A stretch of DNA of 64,000 bases, from positions 21,206 to 85,205 of the forward strand of contig CANRAW010000002.1 of assembly GCA_947628715.1 (NCBI GenBank), in the 5' to 3' direction. The DNA comes from an uncultured Clostridia bacterium. Its GTDB lineage: Bacteria > Bacillota > Clostridia > TANB77 > CAG-508. Below are positions 29,451 through 41,400 of this stretch, in pieces (the stretch's first letter is position 1; each line of letters opens with the position of its first letter). The notes under the pieces were generated by a model. It saw only the letters and a program-made list of their open reading frames with translations, did no database searches and was not told the DNA's origin. The translations under genes were made by a program, and so were the position numbers.

Positions 29451-30722
29451 ATGAAGAAAAAAGTTTTAATTATTGCAGTATTTTTTGTATTTATTACATG
29501 TACTTTAATGCAAACAGTAAGCATGGCAGCAGTAGCTGTTACAAAAGCAAATTTAACTGAAGCATTAAATAAAATTAAAGATGCAAATAGCATAACACCT
29601 ACTTCAGATTATAAAATAAATGTAGGAGACAGCACGATTTCTATAGAAACAGCAGGACAAAAATATATAATAAATTATAGTTTGTCAGGAAAGCCAACTT
29701 TCTCAATAACATCAGATGTAAAAAATGGCATGACTCTTGAACAGTTTAGCGATGCAGGAGACTATTTAATATTACCTATGATTGGATATGTTGGAGTTGC
29801 AAATGTACAAGGAGTTTCAATTGATGATGCTCTAAATCATATTATGCTATTATACATGAGGAAAGTATTAACTGGTGAATTTATGGCAGAAGGAACATAT
29901 AAATTAGTTGATGATGTTAACCAAGAAGTTGATAAATCAGGAGATAATTCACATACAATTTACCAATCAGAATTCCCAAATAGAGTAATGGACTACGTTA
30001 ATGGAATGTTTGAAAATAATTCTAAAATGACATTATCAGATAGTGAAAAGACATTTACGATTACAGTTACACAAGAAAATGTTACAGCTGATTCATGCAG
30101 ATTAAAATCAACATTAGTTGTTAATACAGATGCAGACTTTTCAGCAATAAAAACTGATGCAGGTTCAGGTGACGAAGCAGAAGCAGATTATAATTTAGAA
30201 TTAAAAGTTGGACAAAAAGTAAAATTTTTGTCTAGTAAAGCAATTAGTAGTATTTCTTGGGTGTCATTTGATGGAGCAGAAGTTACTTATACCGAAGACC
30301 GTACAGAAGTAACAGCAGATATGGCTGGAACTATTACATTAGAGTTACAAGTTGGAGAAGTTGAGAAAACTTTCAAAATAACAATAACAGAAAATACTGA
30401 AGGCTCAGCTTTAGAAACAGTATATTTTGACCTAGACCAAGGCAAAATTGTAGAAAAACCAAGTTCAACTGATTCAGGAAAACAACCAGAACAAGAGCCA
30501 GAGAAAAAGCCAGCAGTTTCAACTCCTTCAGCAAACGGTGAAGAAAAGAAAAGTGGAACTGGAAGTACAAATGATAAAAAAGATGGAACAGAAGTAAAAG
30601 ATACGAAGTTACCTCAAACAGGTGTAAGTAATACTATATTATTTGTTATTGCAGGTTTTGTATTATCTATGATAATAATGGGAATTAAATTAAAAAAATC
30701 AAATGACATAAAAAATATATAA
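29451..30722 (+). CDS. LPXTG-anchored cell-wall surface protein
   Basis: A signal peptide, then a C-terminal LPQTG motif, a hydrophobic segment and a basic tail (LPQTGVSNTILFVIAGFVLSMIIMGIKLKKS). Confidence 0.8.
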   Translation: MKKKVLIIAVFFVFITCTLMQTVSMAAVAVTKANLTEALNKIKDANSITPTSDYKINVGDSTISIETAGQKYIINYSLSGKPTFSITSDVKNGMTLEQFSDAGDYLILPMIGYVGVANVQGVSIDDALNHIMLLYMRKVLTGEFMAEGTYKLVDDVNQEVDKSGDNSHTIYQSEFPNRVMDYVNGMFENNSKMTLSDSEKTFTITVTQENVTADSCRLKSTLVVNTDADFSAIKTDAGSGDEAEADYNLELKVGQKVKFLSSKAISSISWVSFDGAEVTYTEDRTEVTADMAGTITLELQVGEVEKTFKITITENTEGSALETVYFDLDQGKIVEKPSSTDSGKQPEQEPEKKPAVSTPSANGEEKKSGTGSTNDKKDGTEVKDTKLPQTGVSNTILFVIAGFVLSMIIMGIKLKKSNDIKNI

Positions 30723-30805
30723 AAATTTTAAATTGAACCCAAAAAGCCGAATACTTTTTGGGTTCAATTGTTATTATATAAAATAAAGTAAAGGAAAGAA
30801 AAAAT

Positions 30806-31150
30806 ATGGTAGAAGAATTATATGAAAAAATAGGTGGAGACTATAAAAAAGCAATTTCTAGAATGAGCGACGACGAAAGGATAAAAAAATACTTACGTTA
30901 TTTTTTAGCAGACGAATCATATAAACAGCTTGAAGAAGCTATAAAAAAAGGAGATTGCGAAGAAGCATTTAAAGGAGCACATACATTAAAAGGAGTAAGT
31001 CAAAATATGGCTTTTGAAGTATTAGGCAAAGTTTCAGAAGAAATGACAGAAGAATTAAGAGCAAAAAATTTTGATAGAGCAAAAAGAACGTTTGAAAAAG
31101 TTGAAAAAGAGTACAAAAAGGTCGTAGAACAAATCAAACGTATAATGTAA
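30806..31150 (+). CDS. Hpt (histidine phosphotransfer) domain protein
   Basis: AHTLKGVSQNM motif in a 114-aa helical protein. Confidence 0.65.
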   Translation: MVEELYEKIGGDYKKAISRMSDDERIKKYLRYFLADESYKQLEEAIKKGDCEEAFKGAHTLKGVSQNMAFEVLGKVSEEMTEELRAKNFDRAKRTFEKVEKEYKKVVEQIKRIM

Positions 31151-31169
31151 AAAGGGACGGTAGAATAAT

Positions 31170-32240
31170 ATGGAACCAAAAAAGACACTATTAATCGTAG
31201 ATGATGTAATGATAAATAGAGAAATGCTAAAAGACATTTTTGAAGGACAATATGAATTATTAGAAGCAGAAAATGGAGAAGAAGCAATTGAAATATTAGA
31301 CCAAAATAGGGAAAAAATATCACTTGTATTTCTTGATTTAGTCATGCCAAAAAAAGATGGATTAGAAGTTATGTATCACATGTCATTAAACGACATGATA
31401 AAAACAATTCCAGTAATTATGATTACAGGGGAAGCAACTGTCGAAAGCGATGTAAAAGCGTACGAACTTGGAGCAGCAGATATAATATACAAACCTTTTG
31501 AGCCAGCAGTTGTAATACGTAGAGCAAAAAACATAATAGAGCTATATGAACACAGAATATCAATTGAAAATGAACTAAAAATTAGAACAGAAGAATTATT
31601 TGAAAGCAAGAAAAAATTAGAGGAAAATAATCATTTCCTAGTTAATGCGTTAAGTTCTGTTGTTGAATTTAGAAGCCTAGAATCAGGAGAGCATATTCAA
31701 AGAGTAAAAGGACTTACAAGGATAATGCTCAAACATTGGAGAGCTTTATTTGGACAAAAAACATTTAAAGACGAGCAAATAGAATTAATAGTTAGTGCAT
31801 CAGCTTTACATGATATTGGAAAAATTGCGATACCTGATAGTATCTTGTTAAAGCCAGGAAAACTTAATGAAGAAGAATATGCAGAAATGAAAAAACATAC
31901 CATATATGGTTGTCAAATGCTTGAGCATTTTAAGCAAGAAGAAACAGAATTTTATCGTTATTGCTATGATATTTGCCGTTATCACCATGAAAGAGATGAT
32001 GGAAGAGGATATCCAGATGGATTAAAGGGAAAAGAAATACCAGTTTGGGCACAAATAGTTTCAATTGTAGATGTATATGATGCCTTAGTAAATAAAAGAG
32101 TTTATAAAGATTCTTTCTCACTAGACGAAACATTTAAAATGATAAATGAAGGACAATGTGGTAAGTTTTCTGATAAACTATTAAAATGCTTTAACCATGC
32201 AAGAGAAGATATGGAAAATGCAACTATAAAAGGCGAATAG
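31170..32240 (+). CDS. Response regulator with an HD-GYP domain (putative c-di-GMP phosphodiesterase)
   Basis: REC domain (LLIVDD..DLVMP..ITG..YKPF) followed by ALHDIGK..HHERDDGRGYP. Confidence 0.8.
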   Translation: MEPKKTLLIVDDVMINREMLKDIFEGQYELLEAENGEEAIEILDQNREKISLVFLDLVMPKKDGLEVMYHMSLNDMIKTIPVIMITGEATVESDVKAYELGAADIIYKPFEPAVVIRRAKNIIELYEHRISIENELKIRTEELFESKKKLEENNHFLVNALSSVVEFRSLESGEHIQRVKGLTRIMLKHWRALFGQKTFKDEQIELIVSASALHDIGKIAIPDSILLKPGKLNEEEYAEMKKHTIYGCQMLEHFKQEETEFYRYCYDICRYHHERDDGRGYPDGLKGKEIPVWAQIVSIVDVYDALVNKRVYKDSFSLDETFKMINEGQCGKFSDKLLKCFNHAREDMENATIKGE

Positions 32241-32254
32241 CGAAAAAAGGGGAG

Positions 32255-34879
32255 ATGGAGTTGAACGCTAGTAAAGAAAAAAAGAAGATAGACAAAAATA
32301 TAAAAGAAAAAGTAAAAAAAATTAGAAAAAATAACATAATTATTATAATTACATTAGTTGCAACAATATTAGCTATAGGCTATGCTTATAAAAAATTTAT
32401 AGGAGATTTAACAACTAGATTAATAAGCAGTTCAGTTCGTAACATGGAAGAACTATCTAAACATGACGAAAAATCAATTTTGTCAGGTATAGAACACAGA
32501 TGGACAAATATTGAAGGAGTGGCATCAGAAATTAGGCAATTACAATTTAAAAAAACAGAAGATATGTTAAAACAGTTAAATATTAAAACAAGTACAATAA
32601 ATTGCTTAGAATCTGCTTTAGTAACAAGTTCTGGCAAAATTTATAGTAGCAATTATTCTATAAAAGAAGATAAAGAACTATTAGAACTTTGCAAAAATTC
32701 CTCTGATAGATTTGCATATAGGAGAGATAATGCAGATACTAATTTTGTAGATTCAAGAAAAGAACTACTTTTAATGGGTGCAAAAATAAAACCATTTACA
32801 GTAGAAGGAGAAACAATTGAATATATCGTATGCTATTATGAACTAAGTACATTAAAAGAAGAGCTTAAAATTGATAGCTATAGTGGACAAGGATACAGTA
32901 GTGTAATCGATACAGAAGGAAATTTCCTTGTTTCAGTAGATAGAAATGGACATTTATTTAACAAAGAAAATTTCTTTGAAATTATGGAAAACTCAAAATT
33001 AGGTGGTAGTATCACAGTAGAAGATATACATAAAAAAATGGATGCAAATGAAACATTTTCACTAGAATATACAATGGACAATGAAAAAAGAATAATGGTA
33101 TGTTCTTCAATAGAAGAACTCGACTGGTACTGTATAGTTTCAGTTCCAAGTAGTGTATTTGAAAGACAAAGTAGTAATCTTATAAGGATGGTTTGGTATC
33201 TAATTACAGTTATAGTAATTACAATTGCAATAGTTATTATATTAACACTTAGAAATCGTTCGCAAAAAAGTTTAATGAATTTTGAAATAAAACATAGAGA
33301 CGAGCTTGAAGAGGCACTAACACTGGCGGAACAAGCAAATAGAGCAAAAACGACCTTTTTAAATAACATGTCACATGATATTCGTACCCCTATGAACGCA
33401 ATTATCGGATTTACAAGACTTGCCACGACACATATTGATAATAAAGAGAGAGTAAAAGACTACTTAGATAAAATAAATCAATCTTCTAATCACTTACTCT
33501 CACTAATAAATGATGTATTAGACATGAGCAGGATAGAATCAGGAAAAGTAACAATTGAAGAAAAAGAAGAAAACCTTGCCGAAATTCTTCACTCTATACG
33601 TAATATTGTCCAAGCAGATGTATATGCTAAACAAATGGAATTTGTAATTGATACAGTAGATGTTACAGACGAAAATATTTATTGTGACAAATTAAGATTA
33701 AATCAAATATTAATTAATCTTTTATCAAATGCAATAAAATTTACAAAACCAGGTGGAACAATATCAGTTAGAATTACTCAAAAAGGAGTAAGCAAAAAAG
33801 GATATGGCACTTATGAATTTAGAGTAAAAGACACAGGAATAGGAATAAGTAAAGAATTTATTGAAGAAATATTTGAGCCTTTTGCAAGAGAAAGAAACAC
33901 AACCGTAAGTGGTATCCAAGGTACAGGACTTGGTATGGCAATAACAAAAAATATTGTTGATATGATGGGTGGAACAATAAAAGTTGAAAGTGAAGAAGGA
34001 AAAGGAACAGAATTTATTGTTACTCTTGAATTTAGATTAACCAATAATCATATAGAAATAAAAACAATTAAAAACCTAGAAAATGTACGCGTATTAGTTG
34101 TAGATGATGATATGAATTCATGTCAAAGTATTTCATATATGCTTAGACAATTTGGACTAAAACCAGAATGGACAATGTATGGAAAAGAAGCAGTGGCACG
34201 TACAAAAGAAGCATGCCAAATGAAGGAAGAATTTGGTATATACATAATAGATTGGCTAATGCCTGATTTAAACGGAGTTGAAACAACAAGACGTATTAGA
34301 AAAATTATAGGAAAAGATGCTCCAATTATTCTACTTTCTGCTTATGACTGGGGAGAAATAGAAGGAGAAGCAAGAGAAGCTGGTGTTACAGAATTTATAA
34401 GCAAACCATTATTCCCATCTGATTTAAAAAATCTGCTATTAAAGGTTTCAGGAGAAGAACAAAATAAAGAAGAAAATGAAGAAGAAAAGGTTGATTTCTC
34501 AGGAAAAAGAATATTACTTGTAGAAGACAACATGATGAATAGAGAAATTGCAACTGAATATTTACAAGATTTTGGATTTTTAGTGGAAAATGCAGAAAAT
34601 GGAAAAGACGCATGTGATATTTTACAAAAATCTGAACCGGGATATTTTGATTTAGTCTTAATGGATATACAAATGCCTGTTATGAACGGATATGAAGCAA
34701 CAAAAGCTATACGTAAATTTGAAAATAAAGAAATTGCTAATATTCCAATACTTGCAATGACTGCAAATGCCTTTGAAGAAGACAAGATACTTGCAAAAGA
34801 GGCTGGCATGAATGGTCATTTAGCAAAACCAATAGATATATCAAAATTAATAGAAGCCTTAAAAGAAAATTTGAATTAA
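32255..34879 (+). CDS. Hybrid sensor histidine kinase with two C-terminal receiver domains
   Basis: A periplasmic sensor region between two TM segments. H-box is MSHDIRTPMN. The HATPase domain has GTGLGMAI. Two REC domains are present (VLVVDDD.., ILLVEDN..DIQMP). Confidence 0.85.
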   Translation: MELNASKEKKKIDKNIKEKVKKIRKNNIIIIITLVATILAIGYAYKKFIGDLTTRLISSSVRNMEELSKHDEKSILSGIEHRWTNIEGVASEIRQLQFKKTEDMLKQLNIKTSTINCLESALVTSSGKIYSSNYSIKEDKELLELCKNSSDRFAYRRDNADTNFVDSRKELLLMGAKIKPFTVEGETIEYIVCYYELSTLKEELKIDSYSGQGYSSVIDTEGNFLVSVDRNGHLFNKENFFEIMENSKLGGSITVEDIHKKMDANETFSLEYTMDNEKRIMVCSSIEELDWYCIVSVPSSVFERQSSNLIRMVWYLITVIVITIAIVIILTLRNRSQKSLMNFEIKHRDELEEALTLAEQANRAKTTFLNNMSHDIRTPMNAIIGFTRLATTHIDNKERVKDYLDKINQSSNHLLSLINDVLDMSRIESGKVTIEEKEENLAEILHSIRNIVQADVYAKQMEFVIDTVDVTDENIYCDKLRLNQILINLLSNAIKFTKPGGTISVRITQKGVSKKGYGTYEFRVKDTGIGISKEFIEEIFEPFARERNTTVSGIQGTGLGMAITKNIVDMMGGTIKVESEEGKGTEFIVTLEFRLTNNHIEIKTIKNLENVRVLVVDDDMNSCQSISYMLRQFGLKPEWTMYGKEAVARTKEACQMKEEFGIYIIDWLMPDLNGVETTRRIRKIIGKDAPIILLSAYDWGEIEGEAREAGVTEFISKPLFPSDLKNLLLKVSGEEQNKEENEEEKVDFSGKRILLVEDNMMNREIATEYLQDFGFLVENAENGKDACDILQKSEPGYFDLVLMDIQMPVMNGYEATKAIRKFENKEIANIPILAMTANAFEEDKILAKEAGMNGHLAKPIDISKLIEALKENLN

Positions 34880-34896
34880 AGGAAGGTAATAGTAAA

Positions 34897-36246
34897 ATGA
34901 AAAAAAGTAAAACATTAATAATTGTAATCGTAGCTTTATGTATTGTTGCTTTGGGGTATCTTATATTAAATAATAGCAAACAAACTAATGAAAAAAATAA
35001 GCCAAATGTAAAATTAATTGTAAAAACACCAGTTTTACAAATGAGCTGTTATACAAATCCAGAAATAAAGGACTCATATACATTAATGAAAAAAGTAGCC
35101 AAAATGTTTGAAGAACAATATAAAGATGCAAGGGTAACTGTTGATGTTATTCAGTTTGCAAAAGTAAATGAAGATGACGAAATAGTAGGATGTTATGATA
35201 CAGAAAGAGAAACTGATGTATTATTCGAAGAATTTTTCAATATGTCAACATATATACATACAGGTAGAGTAGTTCCACTTGACGACATAATTAGCGAAGA
35301 ATTAAGAAATGATATAAACGATAGTTATTGGGAAAATAGTAGCTTAAATGGAAAAACATACATGATGCCATACTTAGGTATGCAAAATGTATTAAGCTAT
35401 AATAAAGATATGTTCAGACAAGCAGGACTAAGTAAATATATTACAGACGAAGATGTAATACAAAGCTGGTCACTAGAAGATTGGGATAAAATTTTATCAG
35501 CATTAAAGAACAAATTGCCTGAAAATACTTATCCAATTATGATGTACGGAAAAGACCAAATGGGAGATACACACGTTATGACTTTCCTTCGTAGCCGTGG
35601 AAGTAAGTTCTTTGACGAAGATGGAAAGATAAAATTAACTACAAAAGAAGGAATACAGGCTGTTCAGTGGCTAATGGATTGCAATAAAAAAGGATATTTC
35701 CCACAAAATGCAGAAAATTTGAACGTAAATGATTGCTTTAACTTATTTACAAATGGACAATCAGCTATTAATCTTAATAATATAGTTTTAAACGAAACAA
35801 TAAAACAAACAAACTTAAACTATGGATTTGTAAATTTCCCAAGTGTAGATGGAAAAGGCTTTAATACAACATTTATCACAGGATTTGAAGTATTTGATAA
35901 TGGAGATAAAATAAGAGAAAAAGTTGCAAAAGATTTTGTAAAATTTGTTTATGAAACAGACGAAATACTAGAACTTTCAGTTGGTGCAATACCATGTAGC
36001 TCAAAAGTTACAGAAAAATACAAAGACGAGTTTAAAGAAATTACAAAATTTGCAGATAACGCAGAAAATGGATGGAACTTTACAGGAAATAACCCTGATT
36101 GGAGAAAAGTTAGAGAAGTATTCTATCCAAATATCCAAGAATTGCTATATGGAGAAAAAACAGCAGAAGAAATAGCAAAACAAATTGAAGACACATGTAA
36201 TAAAGCATTAGAAGAAGGATATGCAAATAGTAAATTACATGAATAA
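34897..36246 (+). CDS. Extracellular solute-binding protein (ABC sugar-binding family)
   Basis: N-terminal anchor followed by a family-1 SBP-like sequence. It is adjacent to the kinase cluster. Confidence 0.65.
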   Translation: MKKSKTLIIVIVALCIVALGYLILNNSKQTNEKNKPNVKLIVKTPVLQMSCYTNPEIKDSYTLMKKVAKMFEEQYKDARVTVDVIQFAKVNEDDEIVGCYDTERETDVLFEEFFNMSTYIHTGRVVPLDDIISEELRNDINDSYWENSSLNGKTYMMPYLGMQNVLSYNKDMFRQAGLSKYITDEDVIQSWSLEDWDKILSALKNKLPENTYPIMMYGKDQMGDTHVMTFLRSRGSKFFDEDGKIKLTTKEGIQAVQWLMDCNKKGYFPQNAENLNVNDCFNLFTNGQSAINLNNIVLNETIKQTNLNYGFVNFPSVDGKGFNTTFITGFEVFDNGDKIREKVAKDFVKFVYETDEILELSVGAIPCSSKVTEKYKDEFKEITKFADNAENGWNFTGNNPDWRKVREVFYPNIQELLYGEKTAEEIAKQIEDTCNKALEEGYANSKLHE

Positions 36247-36249
36247 AAG

Positions 36250-36287
36250 AAAAAAACGTCAAAATATAAATTTTGACGTTTTTTTAA
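36250..36287. terminator. Bidirectional terminator between the SBP gene and uvrB
   Basis: AAAAAAACGTCAAAA-tataaa-TTTTGACGTTTTTTT. Confidence 0.75.
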
Positions 36288-36293
36288 ATAACT

Positions 36294-38254
36294 TTACATT
36301 ATGCCTTCTAATTCCTTTATCTTATCACGCAATTCTGCAGCCTTTTCAAACTCAAGATTTTGTGCATGATTTATCATTTCTTTAGTCAATCTTTCAATTA
36401 CTTCCTTAATATCTTCTTCCTCTTTTATGTCGTATTCACCTTGTATATCCTCAACAATTGTAGCCTTTATAGTATCTCTTACACTCTTTCTTATTGTCTG
36501 AGGAGTAATGCCATTTTTCTCATTATATTCTTTTTGTAACTTTCTTCTTCTATTCGTTTCAGATATAGCCTTTTCCATGCTTTCAGTCAATTCGTCTGCA
36601 TACATTATAACTTTTCCATCAGTATTTCTTGCAGCACGTCCAATTGTTTGAATAAGAGACCTTTCAGAACGAAGGAAGCCTTCTTTATCTGCATCAAGTA
36701 TACTAACTAAAGAAACTTCTGGAATATCAAGACCCTCTCTTAAAAGATTAATTCCAACTAAAACATCAAATTTGCCTATTCTTAAATCTCTTATTATTTC
36801 CATCCTTTCCAAAGCCTTTATATCTGAGTGCATATATCTAACTTTTATATCAATACTAGAAAGATATGCAGTTAAATCTTCAGCCATCCTTTTAGTTAAA
36901 GTAGTAACAAGAACCCTTTCATTTTTCTCAGCTCTAATTCTTATTTCTTCTATTAAATCATCGATTTGATTTGTAACAGGTTTAACAACAATTTCAGGGT
37001 CTAAAAGACCAGTAGGTCTTATAATTTGTTCAACAACGTTTCCATCTGACTTTTCCATCTCATATTCAGCAGGAGTTGCAGAAACAAATATACATTGATT
37101 AATTTTTTTCTCAAACTCAGCAAATTTAAGAGGTCTATTATCTAAGGCAGAAGGAAGCCTAAATCCATAATTTATAAGACTTTCTTTTCTAGCTCTATCG
37201 CCATTATACATTGCTCTAACTTGAGGAATTGTTGCATGAGACTCGTCTATAAAAAGTACGAAATCCTTTGGCAAATAATCTAAAAGGGTAAAGGGAGCAC
37301 TACCGAGGCTTTCTTCCGCTAATATGTCTTGAATAATTTTCTATTCCTTGGCAGAAGCCTGTTTCTCTAAGCATTTCCATATCAAAATTAGTTCTTTCCT
37401 CAATTCTTTGAGCTTCTATAAGTTTATTATTATCTTTAAAATATTGTATTCTTTCCTTAAGCTCTTCTTCGATAGTTATTAAGGCATTTTGCATTTTTTC
37501 TTCACCAGTAACATAGTGAGAATTAGGGAATATCATAACATGTTGCCTTAAACCTATAGTTTTACCAGTTAATGGGTTAATTTCTGTAACTTTATCTATT
37601 TCGTCGCCCCAAAATTCAACTCTAATAGCCTTTTCATTTTGGTCAGAAGGGTATATCTCTAAAATATCTCCTTTAGCACGAAAAGTACCTCTTTTAAAAT
37701 CCATTTCATTTCTTGTATATTGCATATTTATTAGCTTTTTTAAAATCTCGTCTCTAGACCTTGTCATACCAGGTCTTAGTGAAACTATCATATTTTCATA
37801 ATCAATAGGGTCTCCGAAGTCCATATATACATGAAACAGAAGCAACAATAATGACATCCTTTCTTTCAAAAAGGGCAGCAGTTGCCGAGTGACGTAATTT
37901 ATCTATTTCGTCATTAATTGAAGCATCTTTTTCAATATATGTATCTGTAGATGCAACATAACTTTCTGGTTGGTAATAGTCATAATATGAAACAAAATAT
38001 TCAACAGCATTGTCAGGGAAAAATTCCTTAAATTCTGAATAAAGCTGTCCTGCTAAGGTCTTATTATGAGCTAAAACAAGAGTAGGCTTCTGAACTTTTT
38101 CAATTATATTTGCCATAGTAAAGGTTTTTCCGAGAACCTGTAACACCAAGAAGTGTCTGGAATTTTTTTCCGGTCTTTAATTCCTTTTGCTAAATATTCT
38201 ATTGCTTTTGGTTGGTCGCCGAGTAGGCTTATAATCTGAACGAATCTTGAACAT
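36294..38254 (-). CDS. uvrB: Excinuclease ABC subunit B UvrB. Needs five +1 shifts at CGG.
   Basis: ATG is the complement of 38252-38254, after GGAGGAG. The C of each in-frame CGG is complementary to 38221, 38172, 38132, 37816 and 37305. The restored sequence is [52 protein letters not shown].., ..[18 protein letters not shown].. and ..[31 protein letters not shown]. Confidence 0.9.
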
Positions 38255-38413
38255 ATATTCTCCTCCATAATTACATATTCTACCATGATTAATATAAAAA
38301 TACAAGGTACAGTGAAAAAATGTAAAATTATATATTGCTTATGATATAAACTTGTGATAAGATAATAATGTATAAAATAAATATACTAATGAAATAAAAT
38401 GAAAGGAGATTTT

Positions 38414-41400
38414 ATGAGGACAAAACAAAGAACTAAAACACAAAAATTTCTAATTATTTTAACAGTTCTAGCTCTTTTAATGGGGGACTTTAAAGTAATT
38501 ACACTACTCAATTCAAGTTATGCTTCTACATTACCTAAGCCAGAAAGAAGTAAACTGGAGTATTTTGGTAACCAACTAACAGGTGATGCTAGAAAAATTT
38601 ATGATGCAATGTTTTATATGTATCAACAAGGTATTTTTATGGAAGGTGAAAGCTATGAAATTGGTAGTACACCTGAAACAAAACCATTAAGCGAAGCTTC
38701 ACTTGTATTATTTGCAAATGGAAATCAACAATTGCTAACATATTTTGGTGCAGCAAGAGATGCTTTCCAAAACGATTATCCAGAATGTTTCTACGTTGAT
38801 TGGGATGAAATTTCAATACGTGTAACACAAAGTAAAGATGGAAGACTTCACGCATCAATTGGTGCAGCTAGAAGTGATTCATATTTATTATCTGGAATGA
38901 ACAAAGACAGATGTAGCGTTATTAACGGTGGCAAAGGTACCGGAATTCAAGGCGCAGTATTACAATATGAAGAAAAAATTAATGAAGTTGTTAATAAGAT
39001 AAAGTCAGGAAAATTAGACCAAGAAGAAATTGAAGACGGCGAATATTCTAACAAAGACGAAATCGTTAGAATGGTTGGGGAAGCTCATGATTACGTCGTA
39101 AAACACATGATATATAAACATGAATACGAAGTAAGCCCAACAGAAAGAGCAATTGATGGAATTACAGGACACAATTCAGAACATAGAACTGAAATAAGTA
39201 CATCAAGAACAGTTTATGATGGTTTAATATATGGCGAGGGTGTTTGCGAAAGTTATACAAGAACATTTAAAGCAATACTAGATAGATTAGGTATTCCATG
39301 CGTATGTGTAACTGGACTTTATAACCCAAAATCAACAATAAATGAACCACATATATGGAATTATGTTCAAATTGACGGAGCATGGTATGGTGTCGATGTA
39401 ACACATGACGACCCTACTATGGGAAGATTCACATATACAAAAGATAGTGGAAAAGAAACAAGAGAATTCTTCTTAGTTGGAGCAGCTCAGCTATCAGGAC
39501 ATCATATACCAACAAAAGTTATGTCAGCAGCAAATTATGAATTTGAATATCCTGTACTTGCAGCAGATTCACTAAGAGATTCTTATAAAATTACAACAGA
39601 TGACGGATTTTACATAGATGTTGAAAAAGATACACAAGAAGATGACCAAACAGGAGAAATGTTCGACAGCGGAACATTCTATGTAAGTTATAACCATAAA
39701 AACTTTACAGAAAATGCAAAAGAAGGAAAATATATTATAGTTAGATATTTCACTTATGCACCACGTACAGATAAGTGGGAAGTAACAAACTGGTCATATC
39801 TTGACCCATGGACAGCAAGTTTTGGCGAGCCAACTCTTACGGAAAAAATAGAACCATCAACTCCAGTAGTAGTTACAGATGGTGAAGACAAAGGTGAATA
39901 CAAAGTTGTAAGACTAGAGTTACCTCAAATTAGACGTGCTCAGTTTGCAATTACCGATGTTCCACCTGCTTATTTATCATTAAGAACAGAATATGAAAAT
40001 AAAACATGGCAAGACCGTGTAATGGTTAACGGTATGCCAGAACCTACTAAAGAATTTAGCGATTGGAGTGCTAGACTATATGATGCACTAATGGCTGGTG
40101 CTGCTTACTATACTGGAAATGTAGACAATTTAAAAGTAAAAACAGATGAAATTGAAAATAAATGGGGAAATTACGTTGCACCACCTTATCCAATTAAATG
40201 TACACCATATCAAGGTGGTTCACTATATACAGAACAAACTCACCATATAACAATACAATTTGATCAAAACCTAGCTCTTACAAAAGAAGGAGCAAAACCT
40301 GGTATAGTTGTTTCTGCATCTAGCGGAGCGGGAGTTGGAGTAACAAATGCAGGTGCAACAGCTGTAAAATATTCAAATATATCAAATATTAAATGGGATG
40401 GAGGAAAAATTGTAGAATTTGACTTCACACCAAGTGATATGTGGGCTGATGACTGCACATACTATAATTTCCAAGTAACAAATTTAGTTGGATATGACAC
40501 TGGAAAAGTTCCATTACCAGTTACTTATGGTGTTGTATTCTTCAAAACATGTGGAAGAATTAAACCAGATGGAGTTCATAGAGTTGTTTATGCACAACCA
40601 ATGTTAATGGATTCAAGTGATATGGACATGAAAGATTGGACAATTGAAGATATAGACGACCCAAGTATTGCACAAGAAACTATGGGAGAGTTCCTAGAAG
40701 AACTTGGGCCAAATCAAGCACAAAATTTCTTAGATTCATTGAAAACAAGAATAACTTTAGTTACATCAGAGCCTTCTTATGTACAAGATCAAGAAATGAA
40801 GCAAGCTCTTAGAGAAAGTGAATATGCAGACGATTTTGCAAATGCGACAAAAGTTAATACATACAATTTAAGTATTTCAGTATGTAAGAAAAATGTTGTA
40901 AAAACAGGCGAAGGCGTACGTATTAATTTAGGATTCCCAGAAGGAACATCTTATGAAGATTTTGCACAAGGTGGAAACCTTGCATATAAGGCATATCACT
41001 ATAAAGTAGATCCTGCAACAGATAAATTAACAGGGGAAGTAGAAGAAATTGATGTAACAGTAACACGTCAAGGATTAATACTTATAGTTGATTCTTTCTC
41101 TCCATTTACATTAATTGAAACTAATAAACCTGAGACAACAACAGAGAAAAAACTTGTAATTGGAACAACAGAGGGAGGAAAAGTTTTAGAAGGAAGTACA
41201 GTTCTTGAAGGTGCAAATGGTATTGTTAAATTAAACGAAGGAAATTCTAAAACAATAACAATTACACCAGACGAAGGATATGAAATAGACTATATAACAT
41301 TAGATGATGTTAGACAAAAAATAGATAATAAATCAGGCGAAACATTAACAATAGGATATGACAGCTTAAATTCAGCTACATTACTAGATGTTGGATTTGT

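Noticed and set aside
29309-29593. ORFs 29309-29560 (+) and 29387-29593 (-) between the LtaS-like gene and the LPXTG protein gene
   Set aside because: They span the intergenic promoter region (TTGACA..TATAAA) and the start of the LPXTG gene. They have no RBS and a low-complexity sequence.
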